64,000 bases of DNA from Leucoraja erinacea. Its lineage: Eukaryota. Where the stretch lies: NCBI RefSeq assembly GCF_028641065.1, contig NC_073379.1:186001-250000 (forward strand). Direction: 5' to 3'. The notes below the pieces were generated by a model. The model had not been told where the DNA came from, made no database searches, and saw only the letters and a program-made list of their open reading frames with translations. Below are positions 1 through 12,074 of this stretch, piece after piece (position 1 is the first letter of the stretch; every line of letters starts with the position of its first letter). A program made the position numbers and the translations under genes.

Positions 1-231
1 AAGAATTTTGTAAGTTTCTATGAGATCCCCCGTCAATCTTCTAAATTATAGCGTGTATAAACCAAGTCTATCCAGTCTTTCTTCATATGAAAGTCCTGAC
101 ATCCCAGGAATCAGTCTGGTGAACCTTCTCTGTACTCCCTCTATGGCACGAATGTCTTTCCTCAGATTAAGAGACCAAAACTTTACTCAATACTCCTGGT
201 GTAGTCTCACCAAGACCCTGTACAACTGCAA
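1..231 (-). mobile_element. CR1 LINE ORF2 3' fragment
   Basis: Minus strand reads LQLYRVLVRLHQEY..., matching other CR1 copies in the window. Confidence 0.85.
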
Positions 232-239
232 GCTGGATC

Positions 240-1886
240 CAGGAGCAAAGCTGGATCCAGAGCAAAGGCAGTGGATGCTTTCTCCCTCAATGTTTATGTA
301 TGCTTTCCGCAAATTTGTCTCACAAACCGATGCTTGACCAAAATCAAGCAAGACTAAGCCACAAGCATATTGGTAGTGCCAGATTGGCCTACTCAAGCCT
401 GGTTCCCAAAAAGTTTGGGAATTATAGTACAGCCAGTTATGGCTGTACCCAAGAGCAGCGACCTCCTAGTGAACGCAGTTATAGGGAGTAATCATCCACT
501 ACACGAACGTATTAACTTGTTGGTCTGCAGATTCTGAGGAGGCCATTTCAAGGCATAGGACTAGCCGAACAAATACAACACAGTTCGAATAACAGATGTC
601 TTGGAGTTCCTATCAACTCTGTACTATAACTATAAACTAAGTTATAGTGCAATCTATAGTGCCAGAGGTGCACTCACCTCCTATCTGATGCTGGAAGCAG
701 GGCACGGGTCGATAGGAATGCACCCCTTTACAACAAAATTCATGAAGGGAATTTACAATTTAATACCTCTAAGGCCAAGGTACACGGACACATGGGATGT
801 GAGCGTGGTACTAACCCTACTTTGACAGTGGGGACCGCCTATAATTAACCCTGAAAGTGGTATGCTGACAAAGAGTCCTGAAACTGCAAAAATTATGGTT
901 GGATCACATGACCACCAATATGAACAAAATAACATTCGTAATCAGGAACCTGATAAAAACAGAGCAGGCCAGGAATGCCAGGGATGGAGATCCAGTTCTT
1001 GGCATATCCAGAGGACTTACGGTTGTGTGTGTGGTAACATACTAACACCACTATCTGAGAGTTACGGAGAACCTCAGAGGCTCAGAACAATCGATCCTCA
1101 TCAGCCATAAAAAAACCACACCAGAAGGTGTCAACTCAAACCATCTCCAGATGGTCAAAGGGGGTAATGGCGGTAACAGAGCGAACATTTATATGGTTAA
1201 ATCTCACTCCACCAGGGCTGCATCTACGTCGGCAGCAAGAGCTATGGACGTGCCCCTTGACGACATCCTAGTGACTGCAGGATGGATGAATGAAATAACG
1301 GTCCACCAATTTTATAACATACCCATAACTGGACTGGGGGTGTTTGCACGTTCAATTTTAAGTTCTGTCCCTTAGTTTACCCCCAAGGTTGGGAGGGGTA
1401 ACTAGTTTTTTTTTAACTTTTCTTTTATTTAAAGCATCAGTGTCTTTACTTAACTACATAATGTCTGAATGCTTTAATGATTACACGCATCCATGGTCAA
1501 TCCATTCAGTGTGTGACGCCTGGATTCATAACCGACGTAAAATCACAGAGCTTTGAAATCTTCACGTAGTCACTCACGTGACTCCGAAGTAAAATAGTAA
1601 GATTAAACGAGAACTTACCGGTTTGAAGTTTGATCTTGATTTTATGAGGAGTTACGATGAGAGATTACGTGCCCACCCTCGTACTATCAAGGTCATATGG
1701 AAGTTCTAGTTTCTTCACAATCTTACTATTCTCAGGTCTTCTTTTTATCTGTGATTTAACACCGCTGCTTTGAAGATTGACGCGCACGCATACGGACGGC
1801 CTTTCTTCACGTAATCGCTCATCGTAACTCCTCATAAAATCAAGATCAAACTACAAACTGATAAGTTCTCGTTTAATCTTACTATT
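240..1886 (+). mobile_element. DIRS-like tyrosine-recombinase retrotransposon, 3' part (degenerate)
   Basis: YR-type fragments (LSYSAIYSARGAL, PRYTDTWDV, KSHSTRAASTS, AGW). ICR/terminal inverted pair at about 1592-1670 and 1808-1886; ends in ATT. Confidence 0.85.
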
Positions 1887-3290
1887 ATAGACCAGTTAGC
1901 CTGACATCGATGGTGGGGAAGATGCAGGAGTTAATTATAAAAGATAAGATAGTCGCACATTTTGATAGCAGTAACAGGATCGGTCCGAGTCAGCATGGAT
2001 TTACGAAGGGGAAATCATGCTTGACTAATCTTCTGGAATTTTTTGAAGATGTAACTAGGAAAATGGACATGGGAGAACCAGTGGATGTAGTGTACCTGGA
2101 CTTCCAGAAAGCATTTGATAAGGTCCCACATAGGAGATTAGTGGGCAAAATTAGGGCACATGGTATTGGGGGTCGAGTGCTGACATGAATAGAGAAGTGG
2201 TTGGCAGTCAGGAAACAAAGAGTAGGGATTAACGGGTCCTTTTCAAAATGGCAGGCAGTGACTAGTGGGGTACCGCAAGGCTCGGTGCTGAGACCACTGC
2301 TATTTACACTGTACATCAATGATTTGGATGAAGGGATTCAAAGTAACTTTAGCAAATTTGCAAATGACACAAAGTTGGGTGGCAATGTGAACTGTGAGGA
2401 GGATGCTATGAGAATGCAGGGTGACTTGGACAGATTGGGGGTGTGGGCAGGTGCATGGCAAATGAAATTTAATGCAGATAAATATGAGGTTAGCCACTTT
2501 GGTAGCAAAAACAGGAAGGCAGATTACTATCTAAAAGGAGTCAAGCTGGGAAAAGGGGAAGTACAACGGGATCTGGGGGTCCTTGTACATCAGTCTATGA
2601 ATGTAAGCATGCAGGTACAGCCGGCAGTGAAGAAAGTGAATGGCATGTTGGCCTTTATAATAAGAGGAATCTAATATATGAGCAAAGAGGTCCTTCTGCA
2701 GTTGTACAGAGCCCTAGTGAGACCACACCTGGAGTATTGTGTGCTGTTTTGGTCACCTAATTTGAGGAAGGACATTCTTGCTATTGAGGGAGTGCAGAGT
2801 AGGTTAATTAACACGGTTCATTTCCAGGATGGCGGGATTGTCATATGCTGAGAGAATAGAGCGGCTGGGCTTGTACACTCTGGAGTTTAGAAGGATGAGA
2901 GGAGATCTCATTGAGACATATAAGATTGTTAAGGGCTTGGACACACTAGAGGCAGTAAACATGTTCTCGATGTTGGGGGAGGCCAGAACGAGGGGCCACA
3001 GTTTAAGAATAAGGAGTAAGCCATTTAGAACGGAGATGAGAAAACACTTTTTCTCACAGAGAGTGGTGAGTGTGGAATTCTCTGCCTCAGAGGGCGGTGG
3101 AGGCAGGTTCTCTGGATGCTTTCAAGTGAGAGCTAGATAGGGCTCTTAAAAATAGCGGAGTCAAGGGATATGGGCAGAAGGCAGGAACAGGGTACTGATT
3201 GTGGATAATCAGCCATGATCATATTGAATGGTGGTGCTGGCTCGAAGGGCCAAATGACCTATTCCTGCACCTATTATCTATTTTCTATTG
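1887..3290 (+). mobile_element. CR1 LINE (RT to 3' UTR, degenerate)
   Basis: [35 protein letters not shown] motifs and CR1 3' UTR. Confidence 0.93.
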
Positions 3291-3296
3291 ATTTTG

Positions 3297-4850
3297 TGGG
3301 AGGGAGGAACTGAAGGGAACCGAAGTTAGCCAGGAAATTATGTTAGGTAAACTGTTGGGGCTGAAGACAGATAAATCCCCAGGGCCTGATGGTCTGCATC
3401 CCAGAGTACTCAAGGAGGCGGCCCTAGAAATCATGGATGCATTGGTGATCATTTTCCAATGTTCTCTCAACTGGATCCGTTCCTGTGGACTGGAGGGTAG
3501 CCAATGTAACTCCACTTTTTAAGAAAGGAGGGAGAGAGAAATCGGGGAATTATAGACCAGTTAGCCTGACATCGGTAGTGGGGAAGATGCTTGTCAATTA
3601 TTAAAGATGTTACTGCGGTGCATTTGGAAAGCAGTGACAAGTCAAAGTTAGCATGGATTTATGAAGGGGAAATCATGCTTGACTAATCTTCTGAAATTTT
3701 TTGAGGATGTAACAAGTAGCTAGTGGATGTAAGGGAGAGCTAGTGGATGTGGTGTATCTGGACTTTCAAAAAGCCTTTGATAAGGTCCCACACAAGAAAT
3801 TAGTGTGCAAAATTAGATCACATGGTATTGGGGGAAGGGTATTGATATGGATAGAGAACTGGTTGGTAGACAAGAAGCAAAGAGTAGGCATTAACTGGTC
3901 CTTTTCAGAATGCCAGGCAGTGACAAATGATGTGCGGCAAGGCTCGGTGCTGGGACCCCAGTTATTTACAATATTTATTAACGATTTAGATGAGGGAATT
4001 AAAAGTGTCATTTCCAAGTTAAGTTTACGGATGACACAAAGTTGGGCTGCAGTGGGAGCTGCGATGAGGATGCTATGAGGCTGCAAGGTGACTTAAAATA
4101 AGACAGATGCATGCAGTATAATGTGGATACATGTGAGGTTACCCACTTTGGTAGCAAAAACAGGAAGGCAGTTTATTATCTGAATGGTGTCAGGTTTGGA
4201 AAAGGAGAGGTGCAACGAGACCTGGGTGTGCTTGTACATCAGTCACCGAAAGTAAGCATGCAGGTAGGGTAGGCAGTGAAGAAATCTAATGGCATGTTGG
4301 CCTTCATTGTGAGAGGATTTGAGTTTCGGAGCAAGGAGGTCCTTCTGGCAGTTGTACAGGGCCCAGGTGAGACCACACCTGGAGTATTGTGTGCAATTTT
4401 TGTCTCCAGATTTCAGGAAATACATTATTGCTATTGAGGGAGTGCAGCATAGGTTCACCAGGTTAATTCCCAAGATGGCGGGACTGAGAGGCTAGATGCA
4501 GGAAAAATGTTCCCGACGTTGGGGGAGTCCAGAACCAGGGGTCACGGTTTAAGAAGAAGGGATAGGCCATGTAGGACTGAGATGAGGATTAAAAAATTCA
4601 CCGAGAGAGTTGTGAATCTCTGGAATTCTGCCACAGAAGGCAGCGAGGCCAATTATCTGGATCTTGGCAAGAGAGTTAGATTTAGCTCTTAGGACTAATG
4701 GAATCAAGGGATATGGGGAAAAAGCAGGAACGGGATACTGAATTTAGATGATCCGCCATGATTATGTTGAATGGTGGTTCCTGTTCAAAGGGCTGAATGG
4801 CCTACTCCAGCACATATGTTTCTATGTTTCTATGTTTCCTCTATGTTTCT
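3297..4850 (+). mobile_element. CR1 LINE (degenerate) with (TTTCTATG)n tail
   Basis: KSPGPDGLHPRVLKE and [13 protein letters not shown] motifs; 8-bp tandem tail at about 4817-4850. Confidence 0.93.
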
Positions 4851-6499
4851 AACACATGACGCGTCAAGTATCAAGAATGTATAATTTTCATAAGTGCCGA
4901 GAGCGGTACAATTAAATTCTTACTTGGGCCTGGACGTACATGGCAGTGGATCGTGCTTGNNNNNNNNNNNNNNNNNNNNNNNNNNNNNNNNNNNNNNNNN
5001 NNNNNNNNNNNNNNNNNNNNNNNNNNNNNNNNNNNNNNNNNNNNNNNNNNNNNNNNNNNNNNNNNNNNNNNNNNNNNNNNNNNNNNNNNNNNNNNNNNNN
5101 NNNNNNNNNNNNNNNNNNNNNNNNNNNNNNNNNNNNNNNNNNNNNNNNNNNNNNNNNNNNNNNNNNNNNNNNNNNNNNNNNNNNNNNNNNNNNNNNNNNN
5201 NNNNNNGTGTTAATAATGAAAAGCCTACAGTGGAGGTGTGGAAAGCATTCGATTCCTCCATTGACCTCGCGTACTTAGATATTTCTTCAAGTGGAGATTC
5301 AAGTGAACAGCAAAATAATATTCTGAAGTGAATCTGTAATATAAATCACATCATTTTATTTGAACAAGATATGATAAAATAGACTCCCTCGGAGAATCCA
5401 GTTGATTCGCGCCAACTGCCAATATTGTTAAAACATATAATCGCCGTCGAGAATGATATCTTCATTGCCTTGTTTGTGTTGATCTAAAAATGGCTGGAAA
5501 CAGAGATGAGCTGATTTAAATAAACAGTGATTTCAACAGCCCCAGACCCAGGTTCGTTTACTGAAGGACAGAAACAGAAGCAATGTTTCCCCAGAGGCGG
5601 AAAACAGATAAAGTGAGAAAGAAATGCAAATCTCTGAACAGATTACACCAGAGACATTTATTTTAAATTGTCAATGTTCTCTCCTGTAAAAATAAAGTTG
5701 AAGTGCATATGGATGATGTTAGTCAATAATATTTCTACAAAGCTAGGTTTACTGAGAACATGTATCATATCCCTTTATTTACCAACAATGGCTGGGATCA
5801 ATAACATTCTCTGCATACATATGAATGTCACACGTGACAAATTCACAGATGCATAGAAAATACAATGATAAATTAAAATTCAAGTCATAGAAGAATACTA
5901 TGTTGGAGCGCAGGAAACTTTAATTGCCCGTATGCACCTTAAATTTTCGACACTCCTCGTGTTTTCCTCACAAATCGGTGAACTACTGTTTCTATTTATC
6001 TCCTCAGATAACTCTAGTGGATTCTTCTTCAGATATCTCTATTAGATTTTTCGACACCATCCGCCCTACCAGTGCAGTTTGAATCATTGAAATACTATCC
6101 AACAAATATGCTCATTGGTTGATTGGTTAGAACGTGCCTTCATTCAACTTTGATCTTTGGAAGCAGCATCTGAAAATCAACACCACATGAATCATCCCTA
6201 ATGCCGATCATTTCTCCAATCACTCCACAGATCTACAATTCCCCTCCTGCAATATGCCATCCATTAATTTCCTTCCAATCTCTTAATGACATTTTAATAG
6301 AATTTTGTGTTTGCTTTGTATCAATTTCCTCTACTGCCTTTTATGTAACCAATCTCGATATTGACATTTTATCTGTATGGCTGTATGGTGACCACACATT
6401 TCACTGTATCAACTGGGACATGTGACAAATAAATGTGTCTTGATATTGGAATGGACAGTCCCAATAATGTTCGAACGGCTCATATTGATAACAACGTAT

Positions 6500-6955
6500 G
6501 TGTAGGAAAGAACTGCAGATGCTGCTTTAAATGAAGGTAGACACAAAATGTTGGAGTAGCTCAGCGGGACAGGTAGCATCTCTGGAGATCTGAAACATAG
6601 AAACATAGAAACATAGAAAATAAGTGCAGGAGTAGGCCATTCGGCCCTTCGAGCCTGCACCCCCATTCAATATGATCATGGCTGATCATCCAACTCAGTA
6701 TCCTATACCTGCCTTCTCTCCATACCCCCTGATCCCTTTAGCCACAAGGGCCACATCTAACTTCCTCTTAAATATAGCCAATGAACTGGCCTCAACTACC
6801 TTCTGTGGCAGAGAATTCCAGAGATTCACCACACTCTGTGTGAAAATATTTTTCCTCGTCTGGGTCAGAGAAGGGTCTCGATCCAAAACGTCACACATTC
6901 TTTCTCTCCAGAGATGCTGCCTGTCCCACTGGGTTTCTCCATTTTGTGTCTACCT
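6500..6955. mobile_element. Palindromic Penelope-derived repeat interrupted by a CR1 3' fragment (about 6593-6857, minus strand)
   Basis: Arms gtagacacaaaatg...catctctggaga and tctccagagatgc...cattttgtgtctac are reverse complements; (CATAGAAA)n CR1 tail lies between them. Confidence 0.7.
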
Positions 6956-6968
6956 AACAATGAAGACA

Positions 6969-6969
6969 G

Positions 6970-7011
<42 letters not shown>

Positions 7012-7082
7012 TTTCTGTCTGTCTGTCTGTCTGCCTGTCTGTCTGTATGTCTGCCTGTCTGTCTATCTGCCTGTCTGTCTAT
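6969..7082. repeat. (TCTG)n microsatellite
   Basis: Direct reading. Confidence 0.97.
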
Positions 7083-7436
7083 CTTGCTCAAATATTTTTT
7101 CTCACCTCTCCTCTTTCTCCCTCTCACACACGCAAACACACGCACACCACGAAGCATTTCAATATACATTTGAGGAATTCCGATCATATTTTGCGAAAAT
7201 AACTGCACTATGAAACCAATCTTTAAACCATCTTATTTACAACGATACCATGAGTTTATATTGTGTAAGGGGCGGAAAAGCACGCTGATTTATTAACCTC
7301 GTGTGCATCTGTATCAGTTAATAGATGTGAAAGCGTGAGTCCATCTTGCTGTTGAGTTGGGAGCCGTGTCTCAGCTCCGCCCGCTGCACCACTCGGTTTA
7401 CAGGCCCCACCCACAGCCGCACCCTCTTTTGCCGGG

Positions 7437-7443
7437 TATTTAA
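7437..7443 (+). promoter_or_regulatory. Candidate TATA-like box of the VH promoter
   Basis: TATTTAA about 100 bp upstream of the leader ATG, preceded by GC-rich boxes; no octamer nearby. Confidence 0.45.
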
Positions 7444-7535
7444 TTCTCTCTAAGATGGTCTGAAATCCAACTTCCTTGCAGTTGGTTCGTTGCGAGGTTC
7501 TGTACAGAAACAACCGGGTCACACTTCCCAGCGGG

Positions 7536-7581
7536 ATGATGTCGGCGGTTTCACTCAGTCTGTTCCTGGCGTTAATAGTCC
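7536..7581 (+). CDS. IGHV: IgH leader exon (MMSAVSLSLFLALIV)
   Basis: ATG, hydrophobic signal peptide, phase-1 donor C|GTGAGT. Confidence 0.92.
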
Positions 7582-7748
7582 GTGAGTAATGAGGATGGAC
7601 AAATTCCTCACGCGAGTTTCTACACCATTCCCCTCCCCTCCTACCCACTCTAGAACCCTCCCAATTTATTTCCTATTGATAATTATAGTGGGGGATTAAT
7701 GGTCAATATTTTAACCTCGCCATTCATGCCTTTTTTTTTAACTTGCAG

Positions 7749-8052
7749 GTGTCCATTCCGATATCGTTCTCACTCAGCCCAAGACAGAGGCCGCCACTCC
7801 TGGAGGCTCCATCACACTGACCTGTGAAGTCACCGGGTTCGCTCTTAGCACCTACGCGATGGCTTTGGTCCGTCAGGCCCCCGGGCAGGGGCTGGAGTGG
7901 CTGCTTCGCTACTTCAGTTCTTCTAACAAGCAATTCGCTCCGGGGATAGAAAGCCGATTTACTCCGTCCACAGACCATTCGACTAACATATTCACCGTGA
8001 TCGCCAGGAACCTGAAGATCGAAGACACCGCTGTCTATTACTGTGCGAGAGA
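7749..8052 (+). CDS. IGHV: IgM VH segment (unrearranged)
   Basis: Acceptor ttgcag; open frame VHS-DIVLTQPKTEAATPGGSITLTC...LVRQAPGQGLEWL...EDTAVYYCAR. Confidence 0.97.
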
Positions 8053-8091
8053 CACAGTGTGAGGATTCAGTGTCAGGTCCGTACAAGAACG
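8053..8091 (+). other. VH recombination signal sequence, 23-bp spacer
   Basis: CACAGTG (8053-8059), 23 nt, ACAAGAACG (8083-8091). Confidence 0.95.
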
Positions 8092-8434
8092 GCACGTTGG
8101 GAAGTCCAGCTTTTACCATCAAAGGCTAGAGGTGAGCAATTATTTCAACAGCTATAATAGCAGTTGGGAAATGGAGGCAAAGCACCATTCGCAAATCCAA
8201 CACGATATTAAAAAATGTAACCAAATGTATGAGGTTTTTTTATTCGCTTCACACATACCCATAGCGTTGTGCAAAATCATAGACCACGAAAATATGCTCA
8301 TTCCATTAGGCAAGTGAGATGCAGGGAGATTGTTGGTGTTATGTATATTTACTGTGTTCTTTGTGAACTGCTGGGCCATTTAAAATCGTGTGGAAGGCCG
8401 TTTCAAATGAAACCTGAGTGTGAACTGCATGGGA

Positions 8435-8513
8435 GGTTTTTGTGCGGGTCTGTCTCACTGTGTACAACAGTGGGTCACGGTGCTGCAAACAGCGACTTCC
8501 CCGTACAAAAACC
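8435..8513 (+). other. IGHD: DH (D1) segment TACAACAGTGGGT (8463-8475) with 5' 12-RSS and 3' 22-RSS
   Basis: GGTTTTTGT-12-CACTGTG, 13-nt coding end, CACGGTG-22-ACAAAAACC; open in all three frames. Confidence 0.96.
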
Positions 8514-8745
8514 CGGACACCTAGTTTTCTCCTGCTCCAACCTACAAGCACCGTAGGAGAGGCCGTGTGAAGCAAATTCAAATGAAAGTTCACCGCTTAA
8601 AGTTGCATGGATTGTTTTGAGAAATGTCCAGCTGTCTTATTTTATATGAGTTTTAGAAGAACAGCGTTTAGCTTTATAAGTGACAGCGAAGAGTGTCCTG
8701 GGACATCCTCAGTTAGCAGTACATGCATCAGTTCTTGAAGAACGA

Positions 8746-8773
8746 AGTATTTGACATGGCATGTTTCACTGTG
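8746..8773 (-). other. 12-bp-spacer RSS in front of the joined D-J
   Basis: AGTATTTGA (6/9 nonamer), 12 nt, CACTGTG; no nonamer match at 22 or 23 spacing. Confidence 0.8.
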
Positions 8774-8816
8774 TATACTTACTGGGGAGAAGGCACCATG
8801 GTGACGGTAACCAGCG
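8774..8816 (+). CDS. IGHJ: JH segment, apparently germline-joined to D2 (YTYWGEGTMVTVTS)
   Basis: WGxG motif; phase-1 donor G|GTAAG; starts TATACT directly after a 12-RSS. Confidence 0.93.
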
Positions 8817-10059
8817 GTAAGAAACTTCATCCTATTCAGTATCTAGATGTATTCAGTTGTAATTTTATTCTATATTTCCAATGATTATATTAAATTGTTC
8901 TTCTACATTAATTACCCATTCATTGCAATGTTGGATCGATGTTGCTTTAGAATGTAATGTGATTCCGCTGCAGTGAGATTTAAACTTGCCTTATGTGCTA
9001 TGACTTTCGATCCTTTGACTATGAAACAGATGTGATTTAGTTCCAAATTAGTGGGGAAATGTGCATCAACTTGCTTTCACTATGCTTTCTAATTGTTTGA
9101 GATTGTTGTGGTCCTTGATCTGCGATGCGTCGAACTGTAGTTTCTGATAAACAGCAGGTACTTTGTCTCAGTTTGTTTCTTCTCAGCGCATATGAAACAA
9201 ACGACAGAAACGGATAAATCCTGGGTGTAAAATGTTCAAGTTTTTAAAGTGTATGTATTAATTGGTGGAATCGCCTTGATACCTTTAACCCAATCGCTAA
9301 CACAACTTGCATGGAAGAAGTAAAAATATCTTGCAGCAAAACACAGAAGTGCAAGGTTCAGCGTCAGGGTTAATTGCGCAGTTATATATCTTGAAGTATA
9401 ATGAATAGGAAGGAATAGTGGATGCTGATTTATGCGGACGATTGACACAAAGCTGGAGTAACTCTGCCTGTCCCGCGGAGTTACTCCAACTTGTTTTGTC
9501 TATCTTGAAGTACAATGAGTAGGCCATGTGAACCAATGTTACAGCAAAGCTAAGAAAGCAAAGTCCGTGAAACGCGATCTATAGAATGACAATGTACCGG
9601 GTGTACTAGGGACAGAGGAACTAGGGTAATGGAGGAACTGAAGGAAATTCACATTATATGGAAATGGTATCTATGTAATCCACTTGTATTGTGTTATTCG
9701 TCGTTATTTCAACAATGATTGGCTCTGTGGTTATGAATGCATTCTGGTGGTCTTTGGACAGAGATATTTGGATTTTTGCGAAGAGTTTCAGCAAATTTGT
9801 GTTATGCGATTCATCCCATCGGCGGTATGATTCAGCCGGTCATTGCGGGAGACGATATTGTTGCACAATTTGACATGTTTGTCCGTTCAATTCGAGTGGC
9901 AGCGACCGGGTATTGTTGGTGTATGAAGTGTCCGATTATGTTATTTCAATAAACGTAAAGAAGATATATGTTTAAAAATAAAAATAAGAATTTATTACTA
10001 GGAACAGTAAATGGTGCAAACGCCTAGAGGCTCACGCAGCCTGTGGCGAAAGACAAATC

Positions 10060-10330
10060 CCATAGAGGGGAGCCAAATGACAACTGGTAGCGACAGAGAC
10101 CCGACTTCGTTCCCGAAATCAGGTGCAGACTGTGAGAACTGTGCGTTCTCCCTGTGGTTTCTTACTGGTGCTCCGCTTTCCTCCCACAACCCAAAGAGTG
10201 CAGGTTTGCAGGCTTATTGACCTGGGTGATTGACCCTGGTGGGTCGATGGTGGATGCGATAGTGCGATAACGTGGAACTTGTGTCGCCGTGGATTTGGTT
10301 GGCAGAAGGATCTATTTCTATGCTATATCT
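10060..10330 (+). mobile_element. Degenerate tRNA-derived SINE (V-SINE/HE1-like)
   Basis: Core ttctccc...ggtgctccgctttcctcccaca...ccaaaga shared with the SINE at 62537. Confidence 0.65.
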
Positions 10331-10661
10331 CTACTGAATTCGCCATGGTTTAGTCTCCCAACGATGGTCGACCTGGAAAATGCTTGGTTTTCTTTTTCCA
10401 CAAATGCTGCCTAACCCAATGTGTTTTTATGCCAAAAGATCACGAGTTTTCCAATTTGGAACATGCGTTGAATGTAAAATGGGGAGATTTTGGAACAGCT
10501 GTAGTTATGGAATAATTTTTAATACATGGATTTATTAGAAAGATAATTTGAATTAATGTTTGTCTATGTCTCCCAATGTCATTTAAACATAAAATGTTCC
10601 TCTATTTATTAAGTTGCAAATGAAAAATGTCAGTTTTACGAATAGTTACGGTTAAAAAAAA

Positions 10662-12069
10662 GAAATTGGGAAATGAAATAGAATGTTGGAAACGAAATTT
10701 GTTCTGCTATTTTAGACAATAGACAAAAGGTGCAGGAGTTGGCCATTCGGTCTTCGAGCCAGCACCGCCATTCAATGTGATCAAGGCTGATCTTCCCCAA
10801 TCAGTACCCCGTTCCTGCCTTCTCCCCATATCCCCTGACTCCGCTATCTTAATTTTAAAATATAAAACAGTGTATCCCACTAATCCTTGAACAGAGTGGG
10901 AATTGAAATCGATGGCTTAAAAGAGGGTTTAAGTGAGGTTCAAATTTACATTTGCATTTATTTCATTAAAACATTGATTTAGCAACCTTGTGCATTTTCA
11001 CTATTAAAAGTAGACTACTATATGAATTAAAGCCTTCTCCTGTAAAAGTCACGAAGCAAACTAGATATTTTTTTAATAGATTGCAGGTTGTAATTTATAA
11101 TTGGTATATTTTTTATTCGTTTCCTATCGGACAGAGATACAATGTTAATCATTCGTTCTTCAGTGCCGATGACATTGTAAACGTAAACTCGTTTTAAAGA
11201 TGCTGGAAACGGAACTGAGCGTCATTGTATAAACATTAATTTTAATGGATTATTATTGAATTCATTAAGGCAATGGTGCACACAGACAAACATTGAAACC
11301 TGTGCCAACTTATTTAATTACGAAGTATTAACATGTTCTTATAATTTATATGCTACATTTAGTTTCCAGAAGTTGTGGTACATAGCCTTTATTAATTCAG
11401 ATATTATATTGAGAGTTTTTTTAAATCCTTACCAATGCAATCTCACACGTTTTTAATCTGGTATGAATGTAATGTTCTTGTCGGCTGGTTTGCTTTTCGG
11501 AATTTACTTGCAATTACTGTCGGCACACAAATGATCGGTATATTTTCGTGAGTGATGGGACAACAAAATACAGTTTTTTAAAAAGTGACATTTTAAGTGT
11601 GTTATATGTCATTAAATAACAGAGCTACCATTTCAATCCCATCCACCCCCTTAGTTGGTTTCGTTCGATGGACGCATGTAAGGCCAAATTTCACAAACAA
11701 GATTGTGATTGTTTATTTTTGTCTTCTCCCATATTATGTACGGGAGCCCGATATGGGAAAACCCGCTATCCTTCCATTTTCTGTGATTTTGTCAGATAAT
11801 CTTTGAACCATTTATAAAACAAAAACTCCTCCCTCTCCCTCCAAATCAAAAGTTTAGCCATGGGCACTCTCAGTGGCCCAAGCGAAACTTACCTAAATTA
11901 TTTTATTTTAATTAAATAAATGCAAATGTAATTTTGAACGTCAGTCAAACCCTCTTTTGAACCATTGATTTGAATTCCCACTGTTCACGGATTAGTGGGA
12001 TACCTGTTCTATAATTCAAATAGTGGAGAGAATGTCGTTTCCAACATTGCACATCGTTTCACCAATTTC
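10662..12069. repeat. Diverged inverted repeat in the J-C intron; arms about 10662-10983 (split by a CR1 3' fragment at about 10713-10850) and 11893-12069
   Basis: gtatcccactaatcc...gtgggaatt...aagagggttt...tacATTTGCATttattt mirrored by aaataaATGCAAATgta...aaaccctcttt...aattcccac...ggattagtgggatac. Confidence 0.85.
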
Positions 12070-12074
12070 CATTT

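Noticed and set aside
4894-5331. ORFs spanning N runs (also at 18.7, 19.7-20.4 and 48.7 kb)
   Set aside because: Artefacts of assembly gaps
5624-5631. ATGCAAAT as the VH promoter octamer
   Set aside because: About 1.9 kb upstream of the ATG, isolated, and expected by chance in AT-rich DNA
8520-8745. A second free D segment
   Set aside because: No heptamer-spacer-nonamer pair found between D1 and the DJ RSS
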